A stretch of 64,000 nucleotides of DNA from an uncultured delta proteobacterium (GTDB lineage Bacteria > Desulfobacterota > Binatia > JACPRU01): NCBI GenBank assembly GCA_963745025.1, contig CAVUWD010000016.1, forward strand, positions 480,001 to 544,000, written 5' to 3'. How positions within the stretch are numbered: position 1 is the stretch's first letter; each line of letters opens with the position of its first letter. This document shows, piece after piece, positions 1 through 10,681 of this stretch. The translations under genes and the position numbers were made by a program. A model generated the notes under the pieces. The model did no database searches and was not told the origin of the DNA. It saw nothing but the letters and a program-made list of their open reading frames with translations.

Positions 1-263
1 CTCCAGGGGCGCCCACGATGCATGCTGGCATAGATTCCGCGCGTGGTGGGGGCTTGGCCGGGAACTCCCAGATCTTCCATATAGCGCGCGGAATCCCAAT
101 CCTCGGGTCCGTAGAGCGGTTTGATCGGCAAACCCGAGCGGTTGACGCGCTCCGCACCCGCGCCCAAATGGGTCCCTAGCTCTTGCTCCCATTCGGCCTT
201 CGCCTCTTCATAGGGGCGAGACACAATGGCCTTCGGCTGTGGACTCCTCGCTCGATTTTTCAT
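1..263 (-). CDS. Methylmalonyl-CoA mutase family, substrate-binding (large) subunit, N-terminus; runs off the window edge
   Basis: Manual translation MKNRARS...SGLPIKPLYGPEDW...LGVPGQAPTTRGIYASMHRGRPW matches the acyl-CoA mutase N-terminal motifs; lies just downstream of the B12-binding subunit. Confidence 0.85.
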   Translation of the reverse strand, partial: MKNRARSPQPKAIVSRPYEEAKAEWEQELGTHLGAGAERVNRSGLPIKPLYGPEDWDSARYMEDLGVPGQAPTTRGIYASMHRGRPW

Positions 264-267
264 CGGA

Positions 268-708
268 CTAATCCCATTTTCTTGCATTAGTACGCGCGGC
301 AACGGCCAATTCGGTTACCTTGTTGACGATCTCACTTCGTGTCGCGCCCGGGTGAAAGACATGGGCGACGCCTGCCGCTATCAGCTGGTCCACCTCGCCG
401 TCCGGAATGATCCCCCCGACGACAACCGCAATATGCCCCAGCCCGGCGCTCTTCAGGGCGTCCATGAGCTTGGGCAAGATGAGATGGTCGGCGGCGAGAC
501 TCGACACCCCGATCACATCGACGTCTTCCTGCATGGCAAGATTCACCACGTTCGGCGCCTTCTGCCATGGGCCAGTATAGACGACCTCCATTCCGGCATC
601 GCGCAGAAACGCCGCAACGATCCGGCTCCCGCGGTCATGCGCATCAAAGCCTATTTTGGTGATCAGCACCTTGGGCGGGCGCCCTTTTGCGATCGCGTCA
701 ACGTTCAT
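268..708 (-). CDS. Cobalamin (B12)-binding subunit of an acyl-CoA mutase
   Basis: KIGFDAHDRG (DxHxxG), VIGVSSL and VVVGGIIP motifs; start taken at MNVDAIAK. Confidence 0.9.
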   Translation of the reverse strand: MNVDAIAKGRPPKVLITKIGFDAHDRGSRIVAAFLRDAGMEVVYTGPWQKAPNVVNLAMQEDVDVIGVSSLAADHLILPKLMDALKSAGLGHIAVVVGGIIPDGEVDQLIAAGVAHVFHPGATRSEIVNKVTELAVAARTNARKWD

Positions 709-1330
709 CGATTCGCCCTGTTCATATGGTCGCAAGCCCGGTTTGTCGCAACGACGGCCGTCTTCTGCTGCCGTGCATGCGAGCATGTCCGGCGGCGTGA
801 AATTGCTCTCGGCGATCTGACCTCGGCGCGCCGGCAGGATCCGGCTGAAATCACCACCACCGCTTTTCCTTTCATCGACTGAGTGGGTCAAGAAACTCGG
901 TTGCGCAGTCTCAACCGAATGGGTCACGTGGCAACTATGGGGAAAGTTCCGGAGGGGTGCTTCCCTATTTCACCTATCCAGGCCCCGCGTTCCCTCGGGC
1001 CCGGTTTCTACAACCACGCCGGATGCCGTCAGTCAAACCTCGCGTCGGTGACGCCTCGGGACGTGAGGCCGAGACACCCGCCAGGTGGACGTTGGCCGAG
1101 GGTAACCGCGTCCGTGCAAAGATGTGCGCGGGACCTACGCTAGGGATACCGCGCCGTGCTCGACTTCGAGAAGGACTACGACTTGCGCTGGCTCGCGGAG
1201 CTGCTGGCGAGGATGGGAACCACCTGGAGTCAGGTTTCGAGACCGTCCTGCCGCGGGCGTGCCGATTCCGGTCTCCCGGACGTCGCCTCCCGCCGTTGCG
1301 CGTCCACGTCGAACGGCGCTAAACGACGCC

Positions 1331-2569
1331 ATGGCCATCGACTTCAGCTTCCCCCCCGAGATCGAGCGCGCTCCGCCTGCAAGGTGCGCGACTTCATCGA
1401 CGCAGGTCGTGCGCCCCGCCGAGGAGAAGATCGCCGCCCGCGAGGGCGACCGCGCGCTTCCTCGTCCAGTCGATCATCGAGATGCGCGACGCCGCGCAGC
1501 GAGTGGGGCCTCTGGCTGCCGCACATGCCGAAGGAGTACGGCGGCATGGGGCTCGGCCACGTCGCGATGGCGGCCGTCTCGGCCGAGGCCGCGAAGTCCG
1601 CGCTTCGGCCCGTTCGCGCTGAACGCCCAGGCGCCCGACGAGGGCAACATGCACACGCTGCTCCACTGGGCGACCGCCGAGCAGAAGGAGAAGTACCTGC
1701 GGCCGCTCTGCGACGGGCGTCGTGCGCTCGTGCTTCGCGATGACCGAGCCCGAGGTCGCCGGCTCCGACCCGACGCTGATCCAGACGCGCGCCGTGCGCG
1801 ACGGCGACGACTGGGTCGTCAACGGCCACAAGTGGTTCATCTCGGGCGCGCGCGGCGCGCAAGTTCGCGATCCTGATCGCGCGCACCGAGGACGACCCCG
1901 AGATCCCGCAGGCCGGCGAACACGCGCGTTCATCGTCGACCTCCCGTCGCAGGGCTGGAAGGTCGTGCGCGACGTCGACACCATGGCCGGCAGCCACAAC
2001 CACTGCGAGATCCGCATCGCGAACCTGCGCGTGCCGAACGAGAACATGCTCGGCGGGCGCGGCCAGGGCCACCTGCTCGGCCAGGCGCGGCTCGGCCCGG
2101 CGCGCCTCGCGCACTGCATGCGCTGGATCGGCCAGGCCGAGATGGCGCTCGACATGATGGTCGACCGCGCGCTCAAGCGCTTCGCCCACGGCTCGCTGCT
2201 CGCCGAGAAGCAGGGCATCCAGTGGATGATCGCCGACTCGACGATGGAGCTCTACCAGTGCAAGCTGATGGTGCTGCACGCCGCCTACAAGATCGACCGC
2301 GGCGAGGACTTCCGGAGCGAGGTGTCGATGGCGAAGCACTTCGTCGCGAACGCGCTCGAACCGCATCATCGACCGCGCGATCCAGGTGCACGGCGCGCTC
2401 GGCTACTCGACGCGACACGCCGCTCGCGCACATGGCGCAGCAGGCGCGCTGGGCGCGCTTCGCCGACGGCGCCGACGAGGTGCACCAGTGGCGCATCGCG
2501 CAGCGCACGATCGAGGCCTACAAGCGCGACCGCTCGACGCGCACGGCGACGGGGAACCTGCCTCTCTAG
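1331..2569 (+). CDS. Acyl-CoA dehydrogenase with several frameshifts (probably sequencing indels)
   Basis: Pieces across frames: MAIDFSFPPE, EYGGMGL, APDEGNMHTL, CFAMTEPEVAGSDP, NGHKWFISGA, RLGPARLAHCMRWIG, RFADGADEVH. Confidence 0.85.
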
Positions 2570-2958
2570 GTTACCGCGGCGTCCGGTGATCTGCTCTCGC
2601 CCCGCGCTCCTTCGTCGTCGAGCTCTCCGAGCTACGCGACGGTCTCCTGCACCACCTTGTCGCCGCGGCGCACCGAACGCACCAGACGCCGCCACTAAAG
2701 CCGCCAGGCAAAGGCATCGGCCCGATCTGAGCGCTGAGGTCTCCTCCTTCCTTCCTCCTGCCCCCGCCATCACTCAAGCCAGCGGGCCCTGAGCGCGTCT
2801 ACACGCTTCTCGGCGCGTCGGGAAGCGCGGCTTCGATCCGAGCGGCCGTTCCCCTCCTGGGCCGCACGAAGGCAGGGTACGCGCGGATCGCGCCTCTCGC
2901 GTCACGCCATAACTTCCGCAACTTCCGCCGTCATTCGCCCGTGCTATACGACGGGCAC

Positions 2959-3669
2959 ATGACTCTTGCGGTGAAGCCTCTCGTCCTCTTCGACGTCGAC
3001 GGCACGCTGTTGCTCACGAAAGGCGCGGGGATGCGGGCGATGAAGGCGGCCGCTGCGGAGCTCTTCGGCGCCGACTTTCGCTGGGATGGCATCGTCGTGT
3101 CCGGCCATCTCGATCCCTTGATCTTCGCCGAAGCCGCCGCTCTCAACAGCCTCGACGGCGCTCCGGCACATCACGAGTCGTTTCGGCGGCGCTATCTCGA
3201 GGTGCTGGTGCTGGAACTCGCACGGAATCCGGAGCGCGTGCAGATCATGCCCGGCATCCGCGAGAGCTTGAGCCAGCTGCGTGAAGGCGGGGCCGCGACC
3301 CTCGGCTTGCTCACGGGGAACTACGCGGAAGCGATTCCGCTCAAGCTCTCGGCGATCGGTCTCGACCCCGCATGGTTCGAGATCACCGCCTTCGGCGACG
3401 AGGCGGCGACGCGACGCGACCTCGCGGCGCTGGCGCTCGCGAAATACGCGCAACGCCTCGGCGCGCCGGTCGACCCGCGACGCGTGGTGATCGTCGGCGA
3501 CACGCCGCGCGACATCGACTGTGCCCACGCGCATGGCTGCTTCGCCTTTGCGGTCGCCACCGGCGGGTACGACGCTCTGGCGCTCGCGGAGGCAGGAGCC
3601 GATCTGGTGGTCTCCGACCTCGGCGACCCGACGCCGCTGCTCGACGTCGTCGAGCGCCTCGGCCGCTAG
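2959..3669 (+). CDS. HAD-family hydrolase (phosphoglycolate phosphatase-like)
   Basis: LFDVDGTLL motif I, LLTGN motif II, IVGDTPRDI motif IV. Confidence 0.9.
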   Translation: MTLAVKPLVLFDVDGTLLLTKGAGMRAMKAAAAELFGADFRWDGIVVSGHLDPLIFAEAAALNSLDGAPAHHESFRRRYLEVLVLELARNPERVQIMPGIRESLSQLREGGAATLGLLTGNYAEAIPLKLSAIGLDPAWFEITAFGDEAATRRDLAALALAKYAQRLGAPVDPRRVVIVGDTPRDIDCAHAHGCFAFAVATGGYDALALAEAGADLVVSDLGDPTPLLDVVERLGR

Positions 3670-3765
3670 TGTAGTGTCTCACAAAGAGCCTTGCATTTAA
3701 AACTGACTGCAACAGAAGCAGAACAGCAGATCAACTGTACAGTTGATTCGGAGACACTACGCTAG
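3666..3765. mobile_element. MITE-like miniature element or IS scar
   Basis: Terminal inverted repeats CTAGTGTAGTGTCTC / GAGACACTACGCTAG (14 of 15 match), CTAG at both ends, AT-rich non-coding interior. Confidence 0.65.
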
Positions 3766-3826
3766 CACCGTCGTCGGCTGGTTACTTGCCGGCTGCCGGG
3801 AGAGGCCGGTATAGTCCCGCGCGGCC

Positions 3827-6608
3827 ATGATTTCCTTCGCGCGCTGGATGGTTCGCCACCCGATTCTCTGCTTGGCGGCGAACCTCGCGATCACCGTGGT
3901 GCTCGGATACTTCGCCCTCGGAATCCGCATCGAGAGCTCGCTCTCGAGCGTGCTTCCCGCTGGCGATCCGCAGATCGCGTACTACGCCAAGGTCCGCGAG
4001 ACCTTCGGCAGCGACGACGTCGCCATGGTCGGCGTGCGCGCCGACAACATCTTCGCGCCTTCGACGATCGCCATGATCGCCAGGGTCACCGATAAAATTG
4101 CCAAGGTGAAGGGCGTTCAGAGCGTCATCAGCATCACCAACGCGCCGGATCTCGCCGAGGACGTCATCAACAAGCCGCGCTTGCTGCCGCACATCCCGCC
4201 CTCGGCGGCGGAAGTCGAAACGCTCAGGAAGAAGCTCAAGGCCATCCCGCTCTACGGCAAGAACCTCGTCGCGGAAGATTTCAAGGGGGTGGCGATCAAC
4301 GTCTTTCTGCAAAACCTCACCGACGTTCAGTACTACGATTTCGGCGTCGACCGCGAAATCCAGAAGATCCTCGATGCGGAGCACGGGTCCGCGACATTCT
4401 ACTTCACCGGCGCAGCCCACCTCACGCAATCGGCGCTCGAGCTCATGCAACGCGACCTCGCGCTGTTCACCCCGATCGCGCTCGCCCTCGTCCTGATCGC
4501 GTTCGGGCTCTCGTTCTGGAGCGTCCGCGGCGTCGTGCTTCCCGCGGTCTCCGTGCTGATGGCGCTGTCGTGGACGCTCGGCGTGATGGTGCTGGTGCAC
4601 AAGCCGATCACGCTCGGCACGTTCGTCCTGCCGCCGCTCTTGCTGGTGATCGGCAGCTCCTACGCGATCCACGTGATGGCGCGGTACTACGAACAGGTCG
4701 ACGCCGGCGCGCCGCGCGAAGACCTCGTGGTGCGGGCCTTCGAGCGGGTATGGCTCCCGCTCACGATCTCGGCGTTCACCAACATCATCGGCTTCGGCTC
4801 GTTGATGGTGAATCGGATCACCGCGATCTGGGACCTCGGCGTCTTCGCCGTGGTGGGCATCGTTTTCCTAGTGATCACGTCGCTCACCTTCATTCCCGCG
4901 GGCCTGGAGCTGCTCCCGGTGGAGCGCCGAACGCAACGCTCCGGCAAGATCTCGCCCGTGCTGTCAGACGCGCTGACGCGTCTCGGCAAGCGCGACTACG
5001 TGTTCCGCACCCCGATCCTGTGGGTATCGGCAGCCATAGCGGTGGTCGCGATCGTCGGCAGCTTCTTCATTCGCGTCGATTCGAACTTCCTCTACTACTT
5101 CAAGCCGACGTCGCCGATCCGCTACGACAACGAGATGATCAACCAGACCATCGCCGGCAGCAATCCATTCTACCTCGTGATCGAAGGGGACGAGGACGGC
5201 GTGTTGAAGCGCTGGGAAGTTTTGAAAGATGTCAAGGACCTGCAGAACTTCCTGCTCACTCTCCCGGGTATCACGTCATCGCTGTCTTTGGTCGACTATC
5301 TGGAGCTCTTCGAGGCGGGTCTCGCTCCGAAAGGGCAAGAGGAAGTCTCGCGTGGACGAGCAGGGCAACCCTCTCCCGGCGGAGGAGAAGGGGAAGTCGT
5401 TCTGGCAGGAGCCGAAGAATCTTCCGGGGCTACTGCAGTTCATCGAGAACAACGCCAAAGGGGTCGTCAAGAGCGTAGTGACACCCGACTACCGATCGGG
5501 CTCTGTCTTGGTGCGCACCAAGCTCTCCGGTTCGCGCGAAATCGAGGCGACCCTCGCTAGTATTCGCAGATACGTGAGCCAGCAGTTTCCGCCCAAGCTC
5601 AAAGTGACGGCGACCGGCAACCTCGTGTTGCTGACCGGCACCGCCTCGGACATCGTCGCCGGTCAGATCAAGAGCCTGTCGATCGCCCTCGGCGTCATCT
5701 TCATCGTGATGTCGATGATGTTCCTCTCGCTGAAGGTGGGCCTGCTCGCCATCCTACCGAACGTGCTGCCGATCCTGATCTTCTTCGGCGTGATGGGGTG
5801 GTTGGGCATCCTCTTGAATCTCGGCACCAGCCTGATCGCGGCGATCGCGCTCGGCATCGCCGTCGATTCGACGATCCACTACATGTCCCGCCTGAACCTC
5901 GAGCTGAAGGGTGCCGTCGATCAGGTGTCGGCGCTGGTCGGGACGCTGCGCATCGTCGGCGCGCCGATCATCTACGCGACCGTCGCGCTGTTTCTCGGCT
6001 TCCTGACCTTCGCCTTCTCGAGCTTCGTCCCGATCCAGCAGTTCGGCGTACTCACGGGCATCACCATGGCGACCGCGCTCGTCGCCAACCTCGTCCTTCT
6101 GCCCGGGGTGTTGGCCACCACCAAGATCATCACGGTCTGGGATCTCCTCGCGGTGAAGATCGGCAAGGATCCGTCCCGCACGATTCCGCTGTTTGCCGGG
6201 CTGCGCCCCGCGCAAGCTCGGATCGTCGTGCTGATGGGCGAGATCAAGCGCTTCGCGCCCGGCGAGGCGATCATCCGGCGAGGCGAGGCCGGCGAAGAGA
6301 TGTACGTGATCATGCAGGGAACGGTCGACGTCTTGGCCGGTACCGGCGCCGAGCGGCGGAAAATCGCCGAGCACAAGCGCGGCGACGTATTCGGCGAGAT
6401 GGCCTTCGTGCGCAGGCACGTGCGAAGCGCGGACGTCGTGGCGGTCGAGCCCGTCGAAGTCTTGGCCGTGAACGAGCGGTTCCTGCAGCGGATTCAATTG
6501 CGCTACCCGCGCATCGCCTCGAAGGTGTTCTTGAACCTGACGCGCATCGTCAGCGACCGGCTGCACCGCATGACCGATCAATTCGTCGCAGTACGGACCG
6601 CCGGCTGA
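3827..6608 (+). CDS. MMPL/RND-family exporter with C-terminal cyclic-nucleotide-binding domain; one frameshift near 5340
   Basis: Two MMPL-like TM repeats (GIAVDSTIHY), then GEAIIRRGEAGEEMYVIMQG...GDVFGEMAF...RSADVVA cNMP motif; ORFs 3827-5560 and 5229-6608 join. Confidence 0.85.
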
Positions 6609-6614
6609 CGCGTC

Positions 6615-7100
6615 GTGCCTGGGGGTGTCGATCTGTCCGCTGACGACCGGTTGCGCGACAGGACTCGGGCGATGCTCGAGCTTGGACCGGATGCGGTCAT
6701 CTCCGCCGCTTTCGGCGACCGGGTGCGGCTGATCGTCGGCGGGCTTCCGTGCCTTCCGTTCGGCCACCGTCAATTCGACGCGTGCATCTCGAACGGTCTC
6801 CTCCACCACCTGCGACGCCCCGAGGCGCTGTGGAGCGAGACCCGCCGCATCGGCCGGCACGGAGCTTCGCCGTTCGTCATGGACCTCCACCGGCCGGCCA
6901 GCAGGCGAGAGGCGCGCGAGCTCGTCGAGCGAGCGGCGGGCGACGAGAGCCCGACCCTGAAGCAGGGCTTCTGCAACTCGCTTCTCGCAGCATTCACGGT
7001 GGAGGAAGTCCGCGGCCAGCTCGACGCGGCGGGGCTCGACAGCTGTTCTTGTGCCAACGTCAGCGAACGGCACTGGCTGGCCGCCGCCCGCATGCGGTAG
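6615..7100 (+). pseudogene. Class I SAM-dependent methyltransferase, apparently N-terminally truncated
   Basis: LPFGHRQFDACISNGLLHHL and MDLHRP...NSLLAAFTVEEV present; no glycine-rich motif I visible. Confidence 0.6.
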
Positions 7101-7109
7101 AAGAAGGCG

Positions 7110-7520
7110 ATGCTCTTCGAGATCGACACGACTCGCAAGCGCGAGACGATCGACATCACCGACCGGGTGCGCGAGATCGTTCGTCGATCGAAGCTCGAGC
7201 GTGGGCTCTGTCACGTAATGGTTCTGCACGCCACGGCGGCGATCGTCGTCAACGAGAACGACGATCCCAACATCGGCACCGACCTGCTCACGGCGCTCGA
7301 CGGCGCCGTTCCCGAGCACGCCGGCTGGCTTCACGACCGGATCGACAACAACGCCCAAGCGCACATTCTCGCCTCGATCCTCGGCCCTTCGGAGATCGTC
7401 CCCGTCGAGAACGGGGACCTCCGGCTCGGTCGCTGGCAGGGTCTGATCCTCGTCGAGCTCGACGGGCCGCGGCGCTCGCGGCGGGTGGTGGTCACGCTTA
7501 CGCCGGCGGCGACGATCTAG
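7110..7520 (+). CDS. yjbQ: YjbQ/UPF0047 family protein
   Basis: HATAAIVVNEN, HDRIDNNAQAHI, LGRWQG...ELDGPR motifs. Confidence 0.9.
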   Translation: MLFEIDTTRKRETIDITDRVREIVRRSKLERGLCHVMVLHATAAIVVNENDDPNIGTDLLTALDGAVPEHAGWLHDRIDNNAQAHILASILGPSEIVPVENGDLRLGRWQGLILVELDGPRRSRRVVVTLTPAATI

Positions 7521-7646
7521 TGGTAGAACGAGCGTAGACGACGGGACGTGAGCCTGCTTCCGGGGCGGGTGGTGCTGGAGCGTCCCGATGCGCTCTGTTG
7601 CCGCGAGCCCGCCGACTCGCTCGACAGCGGCACCGCGCGATGCCGA

Positions 7647-8354
7647 TCAGAATCTCTCTTTGAACGGGCGGACCTCGAGTTCCATCGTCCACGCGCTCGG
7701 ATCCTGATGTGCGAGATGCCAATACGTCTCGGCGATCGCATCCGGATTCAGCATATCTTCCGGCTCGAGCCCCGGGATGCGCCGGCCCGGGATGTCGATC
7801 GAGCCATCGACGTTGATCCACGCGACGTGAATTCCCCTGGGACCAAGATCGCGTGCGAGCGATTGCGCCAATCCGCGCATCGCAAACTTCGCTGGCCCGA
7901 ACGCCACCGACCTCGCCCCCGCCTTCACACCTGCCGTCGCGCCCGTGAAGAGTATCGTCCCGCGGCCGCGCGCGATCATGTCCGGCACCACTTGCTTCGC
8001 GCTCACGAACGCGCCGAACGCGTTGACTCGCCATGAGCTTTCGTACTGCTCGGGCGTGATGTCCGCGATAGTGCCGAACGCGCCGCTACCCGCATTGTAG
8101 ATCAGCACGCCAATCGGCCCGAGCCGCTCGCGAATCGACTGGAATGCCGACTCGACCTGCGCGCGGTCGCCGACATCGGCCGGCACCTCGACCGCGTCGC
8201 CGCCTGCCGCTTTGATTTCAGCGCCTAGCGTTCGCAGATAGTCAGCGCTGCGTGCGCTGATCGCGACGGAGTATTCCTTTGCGAATCGACGCGCGAGCGC
8301 CGCCCCCAATCCTGGACCGACTCCGACCACCGCTGCGACTTTGGGCTGCTTCAT
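7647..8354 (-). CDS. Short-chain dehydrogenase/reductase
   Basis: VVGVGPGLG Rossmann motif, YNAG, FTGATAG, AKFAMRGLAQSLARDLGPRGIHVA. Confidence 0.9.
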   Translation of the reverse strand: MKQPKVAAVVGVGPGLGAALARRFAKEYSVAISARSADYLRTLGAEIKAAGGDAVEVPADVGDRAQVESAFQSIRERLGPIGVLIYNAGSGAFGTIADITPEQYESSWRVNAFGAFVSAKQVVPDMIARGRGTILFTGATAGVKAGARSVAFGPAKFAMRGLAQSLARDLGPRGIHVAWINVDGSIDIPGRRIPGLEPEDMLNPDAIAETYWHLAHQDPSAWTMELEVRPFKERF

Positions 8355-8497
8355 TGTTGCCGTGGCGATTCGCTCCCTTGGTTATGACGGCGCGGCCGGA
8401 TGCGCAAGCGGCTCGGACTCGGCACGAAGCATAGATTCTTTTCCGTGGCGTCTTTGCGTTCTGACGAAGATGTTGTGTTTCCCGCGCGCATGGCGCG

Positions 8498-8527
8498 TTG
8501 ACACTGGTAGCTACACGGGGCTACTTT
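8498..8527 (+). promoter_or_regulatory. Sigma70-type promoter of the phd-vapC operon with a GTAGCTAC palindrome (candidate operator)
   Basis: TTGACA-18 nt-TACTTT, ending 8 nt before ATG 8536, no Shine-Dalgarno; probably leaderless. Confidence 0.55.
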
Positions 8528-8535
8528 CAGACGCC

Positions 8536-8826
8536 ATGAAGGCAGTGGCAGTCAAGGAGCTCAAGAATCGCCTCAGCAGCTACCTGCGCGAGGTCAAGAA
8601 CGGGGAGGTCGTGCTGGTGACGGATCGCGGTCGGGTCGTTGCCGAGCTGCGCCGGCCGAGCACGGGAGCAGCGCTCAGCGCGCACGACCAGGTCCTGGAG
8701 CGGCTCTGCGCCGAAGGCGTCCTGGTTGCGGGGCTGCCGCAGGATCCCCGCGCCTACCGACCGTCGCCGCTCCGTCGCGCCGTCGCGAGTGGCGACCTGC
8801 TCGCCGCGGAGCGTGGGGAGCGGTGA
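8536..8826 (+). CDS. Phd/YefM-family antitoxin
   Basis: MKAVAVKELKNRLSSYLREVKNGEVVLVTDRGRVVAEL; stop overlaps the PIN gene start. Confidence 0.9.
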   Translation: MKAVAVKELKNRLSSYLREVKNGEVVLVTDRGRVVAELRRPSTGAALSAHDQVLERLCAEGVLVAGLPQDPRAYRPSPLRRAVASGDLLAAERGER

Positions 8827-9254
8827 CGGTCTACGCCGAGACGAGCGCGGTACTGCGCTGGCTCTTTGCCGAGGAGGGAGGCGAGGCGCTGCGGGCGGCG
8901 CTGGCGGCGGCGGGGAAGGTCACCTCGTCGCGCTTGACGCTGATCGAAACCCGCCGGGTCGTGCGCCGCGCCGAGCGCGATGGACGCATCACGGCGGCGC
9001 AGAGCGCCGACGTGTTGGCCGTCTTTGCCCAGGCGGTCTCCACCTGGGCGATTCTCGAGATCACCGAGGAGATCGCACGGCGGGCTGAAGACGGCTTCCC
9101 GAATGAGCCCGTGCGTACGCTCGATGCCATCCACCTGGCGAGCGCGCTCTTCCTCCGCCAGTCGTTCCCCGACCTCGTCGTCGTCACCGCCGACGAGCGC
9201 GTACGCGCCAACGCGGCGCTCTTGGGCTTCCAAGCGGAGGCCCACCAGCCATGA
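8823..9254 (+). CDS. vapC: VapC/PIN-domain toxin
   Basis: VYAETSAVL, LTLIE, RTLDAIHLASAL, VTADER. Confidence 0.88.
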   Translation: MTVYAETSAVLRWLFAEEGGEALRAALAAAGKVTSSRLTLIETRRVVRRAERDGRITAAQSADVLAVFAQAVSTWAILEITEEIARRAEDGFPNEPVRTLDAIHLASALFLRQSFPDLVVVTADERVRANAALLGFQAEAHQP

Positions 9255-9446
9255 AGAGTCCCCGCGCGCGGTGGATCTCCGTCAGGGGCGCCGGCCGCAC
9301 GGTTCGGACAAGTCGCCTCGTAACGCTGTGGAAGGCACGGTAGTCGGACGCGCTACGCCGTCGCCGTGAAGCCGACGACTCCTCCCAACGATCACCTCGC
9401 GCCTACACGCCCGACACCTCGCCGACAAGATCCTGACTCGCGTCGA

Positions 9447-9776
9447 TCAACCGCCGAGGCCGAGAAACATCAGGATCGCACGGTTGAGGCGTACCATGTC
9501 TGCGTAGGCCAGACTCCCCACGCGGTTGCCGAGCTTCTCCTTGGCGACCGTCGCGATCTTGTCGACCATCAGCCGGGACGTGGTCCGCAGACCATTCAGT
9601 TCGCTCGGTGCCACGATCAGACGAAGCAACGGCGCATCCGTCGTATCGCTCGTGAACGGACAGGTCGTGATGGATGCGGTTGCGGCGAAGCGATCGTCCT
9701 GGACGATCACCACGGGGCGCGGTTTGCCCGCGTAGTCTTTGCCGCCGGCCGCCGTCCAGACTTCGCCGCGCTTCAC
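9447..9776 (-). CDS. MazF/PemK-family toxin
   Basis: (V)KRGEVWTAAGGKDYAGKPRPVVIVQDD...NGLRTTSRLMVDKIATV. Confidence 0.9.
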   Translation of the reverse strand: MKRGEVWTAAGGKDYAGKPRPVVIVQDDRFAATASITTCPFTSDTTDAPLLRLIVAPSELNGLRTTSRLMVDKIATVAKEKLGNRVGSLAYADMVRLNRAILMFLGLGG

Positions 9777-9840
9777 TCGTCGAGTCCGATCGCGATCGCG
9801 TCGACGAACGCCTGGTCCTTGGCCGCGTGGCGACTGCACG
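9773..9840 (-). pseudogene. 3' remnant of the MazF-cognate antitoxin (DUF3018-like)
   Basis: Manual translation ...SRHAAKDQAFVDAIAIGLDE*, with the stop overlapping the mazF GTG; the 5' part is replaced by an opposite-strand TPR fragment. Confidence 0.55.
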
Positions 9841-10496
9841 CGTCGGCGCGTCGCGAGCTGGAAATGGCGCTCACGATGCAGCCCGACTTGGCTACCGCTC
9901 ATGAATGGAACGGCATCTATTTGGTCATCGCCGGCCAGGCCGATGAGGGACTCGCCGAGTCGCGGCGCGCGGTCGAGCTGGATCCGCTGTCGCCCGAGAC
10001 GAACACCTTCTTGGGCCTCAACCTCTACTTCGTCCGCCGCTACGATGAAGCAATCAAACAGCTGCGCACCGCGATCGCCACTGACCCGGGCTATTGGTAT
10101 GCGCATCTGTGGATCGGGCGTGCGTACGCCCGCGCGGGCAGGTCTTCCGAGGCGATCGCCGAGCTGAGGAGCGCGCAGCGCTTGGAGGGATCAGGGAGCC
10201 CGGAAATCGAGTCGGCCCTCGGGCGTGCGTATGCGGACGGAGGGGACAGGGCCGAAGCGACCAAGGTGCTCGACCATTTGCGCAACCGGATGCGCGACGA
10301 GTTCATCGCCGCTACCTTCATGGCGACGATGCATGCCGGGCTGGGCGAGGTGGACGAGGCCTTCGCGGCGCTGGGGCAGGCCGAGGCGCAGCACTCGTAC
10401 TACGTGCCATGGTGGAAGGTCGATCCCGAGCTCGACCCGTTGCGCTCCGACCCGCGGTTCACCGTGCTGCTGAAGAAGGTGGGGTTGGACAACTGA
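9840..10496 (+). pseudogene. C-terminal TPR fragment of a TolB-like/TPR adenylate cyclase or Ser/Thr kinase
   Basis: ARRELEMAL...AVELDPLSP...KVDPELDPLRSDPRFTVLLKKVGL* is the typical terminus of this family; no N-terminal part. Confidence 0.75.
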
Positions 10497-10681
10497 ACGC
10501 CCGGATGACACGTGCTGCACAACGCGGTCAATCTGCTCGGTGCGCCCGTTGGGCTGGTTGTCGTCAGCCCCTGACCCCCGATGCGAAATTACCCGCCGCG
10601 TTCAGGTCACGGAAGAAATTTGGGATCGCGGCGAATCGTGGCTATCCTATGTCCAAACGGCACGCGTCGAGGAGGAAGGAA

